From assembly GCA_965153285.1 (NCBI GenBank), contig OZ229110.1: a stretch of DNA of 64,000 nt; one strand, given 5' to 3'. The DNA is from Podarcis tiliguerta. Taxonomy: Eukaryota. Below the pieces are notes generated by a model. The model did no database searches, was not told the origin of the DNA, and was given only the letters and a program-made list of their open reading frames with translations. The translations under genes were made by a program, and so were the position numbers. This document shows, one piece after another, positions 13,425 to 25,500 of the stretch; position 1 is the first letter of the stretch, and every line of letters starts with the position of its first letter.

Positions 13425-13988
13425 TGAAGGTTGGTGGTTCGAATCCCCGTGATGGAGTGAGCTCCCATTGCTCTGTCCTAGCTTCTGCCAACCTAGCAGT
13501 TCGAAAGCATACCAGTGTAGGTAGATAAATAGGTACCACTGTGGCGGGAAGGTAAACAGCATTTCTGTGCGCTTTGGCTCTCATCACAGTCCACTGTGTG
13601 CCAGAAGTGGTTTAGTCATGCTGGTCACATGACCTGAAAAGCTGTCTGTGGACAAACGCCAGCTCCCTTAGCAGTGGCGGAGCTTCATGCTCCGGCACCG
13701 GGGGTGGGGTGGGTGGAGAGCAGGCAGGGGTGAGGCATGACACACCACCCGTAGGGATGAGGCGCATGTCCTGGGGGTGTGGTGTGGCGCCCATAGGTGT
13801 GTGGCGTCCAGCATGGGCAGGGAGCAGCCACAATGGCACCCCGTTGGGATCGCACTGCTGGGGGCAGTGCACTCCCCCCTCACGCCTCTTCCTCCGCCAG
13901 TGTCCCTTGGCCTGAAAGTGAGATGAGTGCCACAACCTCATAGTCAGCTTTGATTGGATTTAAGCATCCAGGGGTCCTTTACCCTTTT
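13425..13988 (+). mobile_element. Sauria SINE, 5'-truncated, interrupted by a hAT MITE
   Basis: ggttcgaatcccc B-box, ctgccaacctagcagttcgaaagca core and ggggtcctttaccc tail. Collinear with the 52267-52647 copy once the insert is removed. Confidence 0.9.
13672..13902. mobile_element. GC-rich hAT-type MITE (231 bp)
   Basis: TIRs cagtggcgga / tccgccagtg (9/10). 8-bp TSD tcccttag (13664-13671) / tcccttgg (13903-13910). Confidence 0.85.
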
Positions 13989-14476
13989 TATTTATTTATT
14001 TCCTGAATGTTGCTGCCCCACTCTGCCCCTTGCTTCTTGTGCATTGATTTTAGTCCTGGTCAACCCCAACAAAACTGCCATTTCCAGTGCTCTCTTTTTT
14101 GGGCATAGAAAGTTAATCCATGAAAGTTAATCCAGTTTTTAATCCTGTTTAAATGTGTCATGCATGTTTGTTTGTTCGAAAAAAGAAGCAAGACACTTTT
14201 AAAATCTAGAGAATTGTCCATTTGAGTGGAGATCTTTGGGAGTGTCAGTTGCCGCAGGAAATATATCCACCCTATAAATGAACCTCAGGATGCCGGAGGC
14301 CCATTCTAGTAACAGCTCAGCACTGAGAAAGTTATCACTGTTAGGTAGAGCTGACCTAGGAAGTGATCTGCTATGGCATGCTGAATCCTTCAGCTTTCAA
14401 ATTTGAAAAATGGCAGTTGCTAAAAAGTTGTTACAGCACTTGGGAATTCAAAATATATTTTGGTTAAATAAATATA

Positions 14477-14718
14477 CAGCGGTACCTCGGGTTATATACG
14501 CTTCAGGCTACATACGCTTCAAGTTACAGACTCCGCTAACCCAGAAATAGTACCTTGGGTTAAGAACTTTGCTTCAGGATGAGAACAGAAATCATGCGGT
14601 AGCGGCGCGGCGGCAGCAGGAGGCCCCATTAGCTAAAGTGGTGCTTCAAGTTAAGAACAGTTTCAGGTTAAGAACGGACCTCCGGAACGAATTAAGTACT
14701 TAACCCGAGGTACCACTG
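14477..14718. mobile_element. Tc1/mariner-pogo (Tigger-like) MITE
   Basis: TIRs cagcggtacctcgggtta / taacccgaggtaccactg with TA on both sides. CpG-rich, so probably young. Confidence 0.92.
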
Positions 14719-15823
14719 TAATTTAGTTTTACTTTGTAAGTAAAATGTGTGTAAAATGACACGCAGCATAGGGAAAGGAATAGGCAAGTCAGCAGGGTCA
14801 GGAGATTAAGGCAGACAAAGCAAAACTGGGCAGATTTTTACACATCTGAAATTCTGTTCAAGAATCTCTGGGGCTGAACATAATTAGCAGACTAAGCTAA
14901 AGACAAATTTGTGCTCCAAATTTTTAGGCACTGGTCCACTCATAAGGTTGCCTTCTGTCTCTCAGCTGGCCTGCCAAAAGGGCATCTTTCGCAAGATCTG
15001 CATTTGTTTCAGAGGATGAAAAACCCACACCTTGAATAACGCTAAATCTCAGCAAACTGCAGGTGCTGAGATGTCATCACAGTTAAAATATTCCATAAGG
15101 AACGGTTTTGTTTTGAGAGTGTGCTTTGATATTCTACAGAAACCATACAATCTGGAAACAACAAATCACTTCGTTGCACAATTTCTACTCCATCCCTGCT
15201 ATTCTGTATGCCCAGTTTATCCTGCTCTGCCAACAAGGAATCATCTCTTACCCTTTGCCCAGCCTCCTACTTTCTTGCTGCCTCACTTTGGGCCAATTTG
15301 CATTGGGGGGGGGGGTAGAATGCACCCTCCCGGGACTGCTCCATCCACTCCAGGAAACAGGTGGGAGTTTGCATGATAAAATTCTCTCCCATTTTAAAAA
15401 AGCAAACAATCCAGCAACCCCTACCCGCCCACCCCCATCCATGGAACGCCTACAATATCCTCTGGAAGGGTTTTAAAAATAGTTTTCCACTTGATGTGTT
15501 AGTTGTTTTAAGCTTGGGGTTTTGTCAGGCGGAGTACTCAATGCAGTTCCCTCCTGATGTCGTCGACTACAGCTCCAATCATCCATGACCACTGATCATG
15601 TTGGCTACAGCTGATGGGAGTTGTAGTCCAGAACATTGGAAGGGCACAGCATGGGCTATCCCTGAGATACAGGAACATTCCAATGTGCAAGCAGCCACTG
15701 ACTTACTGAAAAGTGGCGCAGTCATTCCTGGCAGGTGGGGGGCGGCGGCGTGGGGTTGTTGCATGTGCTTTTCCTAAACATGGAGAATGACTTGTGTTTT
15801 CATCTCCACTTTGGGTCTAAGTC

Positions 15824-16310
15824 AGTAGAGACATCACCTTGCCAACAAAGGTCTGTATAGTAAAAGCTATGGTTTTCCCAGTAGTGATGTATGGAAGTGA
15901 AAGCTGGACCATAAAGAAGGCTGGTCGCCGAAGAATTGATGCTTTTGAATTATGGTGCTGGAGGAGACTCTTGAGAGTCCCATGGACTGCAAGAAGATCA
16001 AACCTATCCATTCTTAAGGAAATCAGCCCTGGGTGCTCACTGGAAGGACAGATCGTGAAGCTGAGGCTCCAATAGTTTGGCCAACTCATGAGAAGAGAAG
16101 ACTCCCTGGAAAAGACCCTGATGTTGGGAAAGATGGAGGGCACAAGGAGAAGGGGATGACAGGACGAGCTGGTTTTACAGTGTTCTTGAAGCTACCAGCA
16201 TGAGTTTGACCCAACTGCGGGAAGCAGTGGAAGACAGGAGTGCCTGGTGTACTCTGGTCCATGGGGTCACGAACAGTCGGACACGACTAAACGACTAAAC
16301 AACAACAACA
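15824..16310 (+). mobile_element. Bov-B LINE 3' fragment
   Basis: PTKVCIVKAMVFPVVMYGSESWTIKKAGRRRIDAFELWCWRRLLRVPWTARRSN... with a premature stop at 16073-16075. (CAA)n tail. Confidence 0.95.
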
Positions 16311-17754
16311 GTCCTTGCCTCCTGCATTAACACACCTGAATTTGCTGCTGGAAACACTTATTCCTTGGGCTGGTGCATTTACCTATCTTCCTATTGATGG
16401 ATGCTGGACAGTGTCCTGCACACCTCTGCAAGAGAGATGCTGCCTGCGCCAGGCCCCCAAGGCATCCATCGCACCACAGCTGCGCATTTGCAGTTTTTAG
16501 AATTTGGAACTGAAGAGAAAGAGAGAGAACAGTTACGTTAGATTGCTTCTTTGAGCGCCAATATATAGAGCAGATTGCCCATACTCTTTAATGGGAGAAA
16601 AGGCTGACAGACAGCAACAAAACCAAGTGCCTTCGGGGAATTGTGTCGCTTCTCCTCAGACAGGCTATTCCCACAGTTTCCACTCAGCAACACAGGCAAC
16701 TTGTTTGGAGAAGCCAAACAACATTGTTTGCCTTCGTAGGATAAACAATTTACCCTGCCCCTTTGAAACGGCCGTATTCATGGTTTTAATTGCCAGTTTA
16801 CAAAAATTTCCACAGCATGCAACAAAATGACTTGACGGAGCCCAGCCCAGCATTCTGCTTATTCTTAAAATGGAGTGTGTGCCCAGTGCTGACAGATAAT
16901 CTTTTCAAAACAGCTCCGCGAGAGGCTGTTCATGCACTAGGGAAGGGGCAATGGAAGCATCTTTAATTCTCCTTCCACAATGTGTACAGGAATATGCATG
17001 GCTCTCACTCACAATGTGCTCAATGGGATGTTCTGTGAGATCTGCGCTTCCCATCTTGTACATTCCTGATTTTTCTCACTTCTTTGTAATGACCCACCCT
17101 CACCTAAGTAAGGCCTAAAGTTGTTAACTCAGCAACTAAGAAATGCTGGGAAATATTCCCAGTGAGGAAGCCAGTCACATTCCCCTAAATCCACCTCTGC
17201 CTGGAATAGCCTCATGGGGGATTCCAGGTAATTTGGGATCACACCGTTAATAGGCTAAAATCACAAAACTGTGCAGCCTATCCGATTTTTAGTCATTTCT
17301 ATGTTTCTATCCCACAACATAGCTTTAGAAAGGTCCCCAGGGCAGCTACCTAACGATACCACTGAAGTGGGGGTGAGGGAGAGACAAAATGAGATAAAGC
17401 AAGAGAAGGTAATGTAAATGTATGTGTGGAGACATTGCCAAAATAATCATAAGAGTTACTTTTCAAGCAGTTCCAAAAATATGTCTGAAAGGGAGTGAAC
17501 AGTCTCAACTCTGACTATGCATACTAAATATAAGCACATTTCTCATTATTGTTGCCTATTAATTAATTAATTGATTACATTTTGTCACTTTCTTGCAACT
17601 GCGACTCAAAGTGATTTACAATATTTTAAGCAAAAAACACATACATACATTAAAACCAGTGTTTAAAAACCCCCTAAAATATATTTTTTAAAACTTCATT
17701 AAAACACCCCACCCACACAAAAAAGCCATAGATACTTAAAAGCCAAGGCCTTAC

Positions 17755-17810
17755 AAGAAGAAGAAGAAGAAGAAGAAGAAGAAGAAGAAGAAGAAGAAGA
17801 AGAAGAAGAA
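17755..17810 (+). repeat. (AAG)n microsatellite
   Basis: About 18 perfect AAG units. Confidence 0.97.
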
Positions 17811-17859
17811 TCTTTTTGCGTGGCGCCAAAAGCTATGGCATGATGGTGCCAGGTGAGTC

Positions 17860-18402
17860 TCCCCAGGTGGAGCGTTCCATAAGTGGGGAGGCACCACTGA
17901 AAAGGCCTGTTCTCATGTTGCCACTATCAAGACCTCTCATGGGGGAAGCACTGGCCAGAGCCATCAGACCTCCTCTCCCCTCAACTGTCAACTGGGGGCA
18001 GCCATTCCAGCAGAGGGATAGCTGAGAAACAGAGCTCACTCTGTTGGCTGTGGCATGAGAGGTCAACTGTATCAGGCACCTCCTACCCCTGAACTGTGCC
18101 TGCTGGTCATTATAGGAGCAACTACTTAGAAATTGGTGCCTGAGCTTGGATTTGGATTTTCTCCTTGTTACTTTTCCATTGTGTGTTGTGTTTTTTTAGA
18201 CCGTAAGTCTGTGGGTGGGGACAGTTTTGGTTGTATCTAAGCCACTTTGGAAGCATTTTGGGTGAAGAGTGAGATGCAAAAGTTCGGAATAAATAAATAA
18301 TAGAATGATTATTACAAGGTATTGGTCGGTTAATATGGAGAGAGGCTGTCCTTAAGGTATTGGGATCCTGGGCCACATAAGATGTTATGGGTCAAAACCA
18401 GT
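17860..18402 (-). mobile_element. Old L2 fragment split by an oppositely oriented LINE-type 3'UTR (~17950-18305)
   Basis: gcgttccataagtggggaggcaccactgaaaaggcc and gagaggctgtccttaaggtat...ggtcaaaaccag resemble consecutive L2 segments. The intervening piece ends in aataaataaataa. Confidence 0.55.
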
Positions 18403-20604
18403 GCATGACATTTCATGCACTGGTTTCATGCACAGGGGAGCAGTCTGCAAAGGGCCATTTCTGTGTAGGGTACCTTCTATCTCATGACTTTTGTGATAGT
18501 TTAAAACAGGGTGAGCAATATGTTTCTTCCTATTGCCCTTGAGCAAAGGAACGCCTTGGATTTTTGATTATTATTATTTTTTGCTATGGAGGGAAATAAA
18601 GCTAGGCTTCTTGATTTATCATAATCAGAAGGTGCTATATTTTATACTGCCTTTTGGCCTTAATTAGCATCCCCAAGGCTCCTGGTTCTCGGTCTATTCC
18701 TAGCTAGCTATTACACAGCAATAAGTATGTTTGAAGAGCTATTGCAAAACTGCCTCCAAACTGGTCTGCTCCAGCACGATATCCAGCTTTATTTAAACCA
18801 GAAACATCAAGTCAAAGCATTCCACTTCCAAGATTCTGTTGCCTGTACTGAAGCATCTCCCTTCTGTGTACGCAGGTTACGGGGATCGCTCGCTATGGGA
18901 AGTTGCTTATCACAGCCTCCTCCCTACTTCCTGCACAGTGCACACCTACTGCAATGTGGCGCATGGCGTAGATGTGTGTTAGATGGGTCTCTGACATGGA
19001 GGCATCTGCTCAGTTTCTCTTCACTCCCTGCCCGCCCGCCTGCCCCACTTCATCTGAGATGGCTGGAGTCTTTCTGCAAACTCCTCTTTGTCAGAATGGA
19101 GGCACCTCCGCCGTGCAATTTTTCATTTCCTTTTCGCACTTCAAAAGAGGCTTTTGACTCCTTGAGACACCTCATAAAAGAGATTTCCACTCTAAGGACA
19201 TCCAGAAAGGAAGCCCACGCTCCACCATAATCCCCCTCCCCCCGCCCCATGCCTTGTTCGGTCCTTAAACTCTGAACTTATAAATATATAAATAGGCCCC
19301 ATGTTATTGGACAAGGCCCAGAGGAGGGCAAGTTTGGGGGTTGGGGGGGGAGGGAAGGGAGGGTGACTGAGCAAACGAGGCCCGCGGCGCTTGTAAGATG
19401 TAATGCCTTGATTTGGTCCACTTGGCTGCACCAGGTAGAACAGGAAGAAGGGGCTCAGTATTCCCAGCAAGGGGGTTTGCTACACGCCTCGAACATTTCC
19501 TTTCAAAAAAACCCGACAGTGGTGCAGTCTTTGGTTACAAGCTGCCGTGCCCTGCGTGCCCGCCAAAAGAGGCACACTGGAATAAAAGCACAGCTGCAAA
19601 AATACAGGGCTGGGCCACTCATGCTAGCACAGAAGGCGTGGGGTGGGGAGGAGGGAGTTTCTTCCCTCAGCAATGAAAAGGCACCATGCCAACTTGCCTT
19701 ACCCTCCTCCCCCCCCCCCACTACACTCCTGCCTTTGGGCAAGCTATGCTTCCCCCTCCCCTCCTTCTCCCTCATCCAAGGTATTTTGTTTTTGAAGTCA
19801 TTTTGCCTCCAAATTCTTCCCCTGACAGTATTAATCTTCCACCTGCCAGCCCATGAATAGACCTTTCTTTTTGTGTCTGGAATAGGTTGCCAAGGGAAAG
19901 GAATCGAGGAAGGGAGGAGAAGAAGCCTGTGTTACAGGTGGGGCAAGGAGGTGTTGGCTGCCCTCACTTGGAGCTATATAAAAATCCTCAGCTGAGCCCC
20001 CCCCCCACTCCATTGCCACTAGGGACAGCTGTGGTGAGCACCCCAATCCTACAAAACAACCCCCTTCAGAGGGTCTGAGGTATTGCTTGCCAACCTGGAG
20101 GCAACTCAATAGAAATGTCTCTTTTTTAAAAAATGTACATAATACATTAGCCTGAAATTGTACAGAGAGGGGAGGGAGGCACTAGCAAAACAGGAAGGAA
20201 AGAAATGTTCATGAAGTGGCGAGAGCACGTGAGTGCTGGCATGTTCTGTATGCACCAGCTTGGATATAGAATCTTAGGCCTCCAGTCTGAATGAATGGCT
20301 GGATCAAGCCGGGTTATCACATATGCAAACACCCAGTCGGTGATTCTCTCTCAAGCACTAGATCTTCTCAGCCTAGTGCTCTGCTTCCTCACAGAGTTGT
20401 GAGGAAGGACAGGGGCCAAGTTATTTTGCTGCCTGAGACAAAGGACAAGATGCACCCACCCCTTCCATTTACAAAAGCTGTCCAGGCTGGTGGTTGAATC
20501 TACTTCAGTTTATCTAAAGGCAGCAAGCTGGTTTGGGGTGGGAGCAGGCTGCAAGGCACACATGTTTCTATCCTTTAACAGAACTCAGAGGAGTAACAGC
20601 CTCA

Positions 20605-20736
20605 TTGAAGGAGAGATTTAAGCAGAGGTTGGATAGCCATCTGTCATAGCTAAGTTTCCTGTCTTGCAAGGGGTTGGACTCGATGACTCTCAGAGTCCCT
20701 TCCAACTCTACAATTCTTTTATTCTTTGATTCTATA
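20605..20736 (+). mobile_element. CR1 3' terminus
   Basis: ggttggatagccatctgtc...ggggttggactcgatga...gtcccttccaactctacaattct followed by 8-bp terminal repeats. Confidence 0.75.
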
Positions 20737-22849
20737 ATGCCACCCCCAACTATCTGCTGCCTGAGGCGTCTAATGGCAGTGCCAGCTTTGACAAGTTAAT
20801 CCTAGAATGAATACTAGGAGGGGTGTTGCAAGGAGTTCCTGCATGAAGATTACCTAGGATAGGGCAGTCAAACTTTTCATACCAAGTGGGCCACAAGAAT
20901 ACTTCAAATTGAACACGAGGACCGCTCACTGTCTTGTCATGTGGGGACAGGGAGTGAGCCCAAAATCTGGAACATACGCTGCCATCTTGCTGCCTTCCCA
21001 AAGCTAGCTATGTGAGGGGCTGGGCTTTGGGAAGATGTGAGGCTCTGGCCTAGAGGCCTCCCAACTCCTTCCTAAAGCTGAGGAAGTGCTAACTAGATTT
21101 TGTGAAATAGGAGGGTGGACTCTGGGACTCTGTCAGAGCCCTCATGCCTCCTTCACAAAGCCCAGTGCCTCATTTACCTGGCTTTGAGAAGGCAGTGCAA
21201 GGGCTGGAGGGCATCAAATGTTGCTGAGGGCCACCAGAAAGGTGTTAAGGGCCATATGTAGCCCTTGGGCCATATGTTGGACCACCCTGACCTAGAAGAA
21301 GAGTTTTTAGGGTGCTGGGGATTGTAGCTCTGTGAAAGGTAGGGGGATTGGGCTTGATAAACGTGCAGTGTGTCCACAGCCTCTGTCATATACAAGACAC
21401 AGTAGGGGATGGCTCTTGGCATTGTCTAGGAGGAAGTTAAATGCCCTGGGTGGGTGGTAAAATGGGAAGAGGAGACCTGGGGAAAGTATTATTAAGAACA
21501 TAGAAAGCCTGTTGAATCTGACCAGAGGCCCAGCAGGTCCAGCATCCTGTTCCCACAGTGGCCAGCCAGATGTCTCAGGGAAGACCATGAGCAGCAGATG
21601 AGCACAACGCACTCCCAGGCAGAGAGTGCATCTTGGCAAGCACAGCACAGCATTCCGATGGATGCTTTATTGGCCTTTAATAATCATCAATGAAGACGGT
21701 TCTTTTTTGATGCTGCAGAAGGCAGATGGAGAATATGTGCTGATGCAGGCAGCTGGCAACATTACAGGAACTGAGGAGCAGTTGATGAACAAGCTTGGGT
21801 TCGATAGTGAGGAACAGAAAGACAACTCTTAAGAAAAGAGCCAGGAGCTTGCAATGCAGTTGGGATAGCTGTGTGCGTTTATTTTCACTGGGAGTACAGC
21901 ACTGTACCTTACATTCATAAAAGGTGATGGATGACTTTGACGGAGATGATGACATTAATTAGCAGCAGCAGAGACTTACCATAGTGTACACATAGTCATC
22001 TATAACATACAGAGGCAGCAAGGAGAACTTTCACCCCTTTTTCTCTTCCCCATATTTCTGATTTATTCAGGGTGTTGGAAACTTGCCAAGTGGTTATGTG
22101 TGCACCATGATGAGGTCATCCTCAGTAAGTGGTTCTCTGGAATTACCCAAGAAAGCCTCTGTCCCTGTGGGAGCTCTCTGAGCTTCTTCAGGGCTCCATG
22201 GAGCGGCAGGGGTGGGGGAGACTCCAGGATTAGGTGCAGTCAGCCTACAGAGCAGAAAAGATGCACCCATATCACAGGTGCTATACCTCTTACAGATGTG
22301 CAGTTGCAGGGTGTGAGACAGCTCAGACTGCTCACGGTAGACTGCTTTTGTCCGTCTCCCTCCCTCCCTTGCTCCTTCCACCCTACTTCTCTCTCTCTCT
22401 CTGTCTGGCTGCTGACATAATGAAGCCTAAGCTAGGGATGCTTAAAGAATTTGATATGTGTGAATTCTGATATGAACTGACATGATCTGCACTCCCCCCA
22501 AACTTATCCACTGGCTTTTGTGCTTCTTGAGTTTTCTGACGATGTTTACAGCACACACATATACACACAGTATCAAAGTATTGAAGTACTATAGAAATAT
22601 GATTTTTTAAAAGAGAGATAAAATGTCTTTTAAAATGCACATTTATGAATATACATTAAAGTATCCTTTTAAGCCAATGCGGTGGTGGTTTTTAAAGTTG
22701 AGTGATCTATGCCAAAATGGAGCAAAACAGACTTAGGGGTGAACACATGTAAAAAAAGGCCACAGACTGGAAATATACTGATTCGCTCACCCTTAATGTA
22801 CCAGCCTCAACTGCATTGCTATCTTTCCCTTCTCTGAAAAGTACATACT

Positions 22850-23589
22850 GTTGGGTGTGGAGGACTCCCAGGACCTAAATGGGGTAATTGTCCCCCTGAA
22901 GGACCAGGTGCGCAGCTGTCCATGGAGGCACAGGTCAATTATCCAGGGTAGCTGTGTCCAGGGCAGCTGTCTACCAGCTCCATCTGGTCCTACCTGCCCA
23001 CAGACTGTCTTACAGAGTGCTGCATGCTATGGTTTTCTCCTGCTTGAACTACTGCAGTGCAGTCTATGTGGGGCTACTTTTGAAGGTGACTCAGAAACTA
23101 CAACTAATTCAGAATGCAGCAGCTAGACTGGTGACTGGGAGTGGCCGCTGGGACCATATAACACCAGTCCTGAAAGACCTACATTGGCTCCCAATACTTT
23201 TCCAAGCACAATTCAAAGTGTTGATGCTGACCTTTAAAGCCCTAAATGGCCTCGGCCCAGTATACCTGAAGGAGTGTCTCTACTCCCAGCGTTCTGCCCA
23301 GACACTGAGTTCCAGCTCGGAGGGCCTTCTGGCAGTTCCCTCACTGCAAGATGTGAGGTTACAGGGAACCAGGCAGAGGGCCTTCTTGGTGGTGGAGCCC
23401 GCTCTGTGGAACGCCCTCCCATCAGATGTCAAGGAAACAAATAACTATCTGACTTTTAGAAGACATCTGAAGGCAGCCCTGTTTAGGGAAGTTTTTAATG
23501 TTTGACGTTTGATTCTGTTTTTAATCTGTTGGGAGTCACCCAGCATGGCTGGAGAAACACAACCAGATGGACGGGGTATAAATATATTA
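22850..23589 (+). mobile_element. L2 LINE, 5'-truncated, ORF2 C-terminus
   Basis: ORF 22954-23505 reads ...LNYCSAVYVGL...KLQLIQNAAARLVTG...DHITPVLKDLHWLPI...FKVLMLTFKALNGLGPVYL..., a typical L2 ORF2 end. The (TAT)n tail resumes at 23815-23842. Confidence 0.93.
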
Positions 23590-23814
23590 CAGTGGTACCT
23601 CGGGTTAAGAACTTAATTAGTTATGGAGGTCTGTTCTTAACCTGAAACTGTTCTTAACCTGAAGACCACTTTAGCTAATGGGGCTGCCTGCTGCCACTGC
23701 GCCGCCACTGCACGATTTCTGTTCTCATCCTGAAGCAAAGTTCTTAACCCGAGGTAATATTTCTGGGTTAGTGGAGTCTATAACCTGAAGCGTATGTAAC
23801 CCAAGGTACCACTG
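23590..23814. mobile_element. Tigger-like MITE inserted in the L2 tail
   Basis: TIRs cagtggtacctcgggtta / taacccaaggtaccactg with TA TSD. Same family as 14477-14718, opposite orientation. Confidence 0.92.
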
Positions 23815-24579
23815 TATTATTATTATTATTATTATTATTATTACATGGAGGGAGAAGTTGAATGAGTGAAGGCTCAACTTAATTCTGTCAGATCCTGCTT
23901 TTACCTTTGGGAAAGTAGAGAGTGCATACAAGCGCTTTCTCTGTCTCTCTGTAGGAGCTGATCCTGAGAGGGGAGAAAAGTGACTAGAGGGGGTTGCGCT
24001 CAAAGCACTCCCTCCAAAATCTGTATGTGCCTTTAAGGTTGTTGCTCCCTACTGCAAAGGTTAATTTCTAGGCACGGGGAAAGGTTTACATCTGCCTTGA
24101 AGTTATTGTCATTTGGCAAGGAAGCCCTGCCTCATAATTCCAGATATATAAGGGTGCACTTGGGTTAAACTAGAATCCATGGGACTTACTTCTAAGTAAA
24201 TCTGCGTACGTGCAAGTTGCCAATCACCATGAAGGCCAAGTATTTTGGCTGAAAGAGTTGTCCAGTAAGCTGATACAGTTGTACACAAAGATTGACTCCC
24301 TTGCTCTTTTCCTCCCTCTCTTGCCTTGGGAAGCCAAATTGTTTCACAAGACCCAAAGCCCTTCCCAACCAGAAAATCTCCCTGTGGTTCTATTTGACAT
24401 TCCTATCATTTTAACAACAGGGAGCCTGATTTCATTCTGCTCCTAGTAGAAAAAAGAAAGGCAAAGGATGAAAAAGGTTTTGTTAAACTTCACTTGCTAG
24501 AAAGAGCCAGTGCATTGCATCCCACAGATCAGCTCATCTTTGTATTTTCACCAGAGATAACCCCGATCGGTTGGCTTAA

Positions 24580-24624
24580 GGAATTTACTACAACAGAATG
24601 TGATGATGGTCACTAGCTTAGATG

Positions 24625-24662
<38 letters not shown>

Positions 24663-25072
24663 TGTGACCAATTAGGGGATGATAGATCTATCAATGACTG
24701 TTAGCTATGATAGGTAAATGGAATTGCCATGTTCAGCAGCACAGTATAGCGCTGCATGCCATACATGTAGCCTTGAATACACTGCATGAATAATATAGCC
24801 TTCCTGCACTAATCAGAGACTTGGAACCATAGGACCATAGAATTGTAAAGTTGGAAGGGACCATGATGGTCATCTAGTCCAAACCCCTGCAATGCAGGAA
24901 TCTTTTGTCCAATGTGGGGCTTGAATCCACAACCCCGAAATTAAGAGTCTCATGCTCTACCAACTGAGCTATCCAAGCTTCCCAGAGTTATCTGGCTGGC
25001 TCCTCCTAGAAGCTGGATGGTAGGCTAGGTGGATCCTCTCTCTAATCCAGCAGGGCTTCTATTATTCTTAAG
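24580..25072 (+). mobile_element. Old CR1 3' fragment containing (AG)n (24628-24660) and a nested SINE
   Basis: gatgatggtcactagcttagatg...ctatcaatgactgttagc...ctaatccagcagggcttctattattcttaag. Confidence 0.65.
24824..24974 (-). mobile_element. tRNA-Lys(CTT)-derived SINE with CR1-type tail (Squam2-like)
   Basis: The minus strand reads ggatagctcagttggtagagcatgagactcttaat...ggattcaagccccacattgg, then the CR1 terminus ggactagatgacc...gtcccttccaac and 8-bp repeats. Confidence 0.85.
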
Positions 25073-25239
25073 TTTAAATTAATCAATTTTTAAGTTACCG
25101 TTCCCCATCCTAGGTCAGTTTATAAATCTATTTATTTACAACATTTAAATGATATTACAAAAACAATAATAACCTGCAGGAATAAAACCAAAAAAGTCTA
25201 ATTAACCATGGACCATTGTTCCAATGGCCTGATTACATG

Positions 25240-25500
25240 GTGTGTCTTGAGACCATGCCTATACTGAGACAAGCAGGCATACTTCAGGGTGGAGCCAATT
25301 CCACAAATGGGGTGCCACAACTGAGAAGCCCCTCCATCCCCTGCTTCACCAATATGGGCCTCCCCAGCAGATCTTGAGCCCCAAACCAGCAAATATGGAG
25401 AGATGTCTTCCTTCAAGTAACAGGGACCCAAGTCATTCAGAGTTTTATATGTTAATGTCAGGACCTTTAACTGGGCCCAGTAGAATGTACAAGTAGCTAA
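25240..25500 (-). mobile_element. Old L2 ORF2 fragment
   Basis: WAQLKVLTLTYKTLNDLGPCYLKE is homologous to the L2 peptide at 23200-23280. Confidence 0.75.

Noticed and set aside
18727-19860. 167-aa and 165-aa ORFs
   Set aside because: No recognisable domain or exon structure, and long ORFs are expected by chance in locally GC-rich DNA.
22954-23505. Longest ORF (183 aa) as a host gene
   Set aside because: It is the L2 ORF2 C-terminus of a 5'-truncated copy.
24905-24974. tRNA-Lys gene
   Set aside because: The acceptor stem and T-arm are mutated and it is fused to a CR1-type tail, so it is a SINE head.
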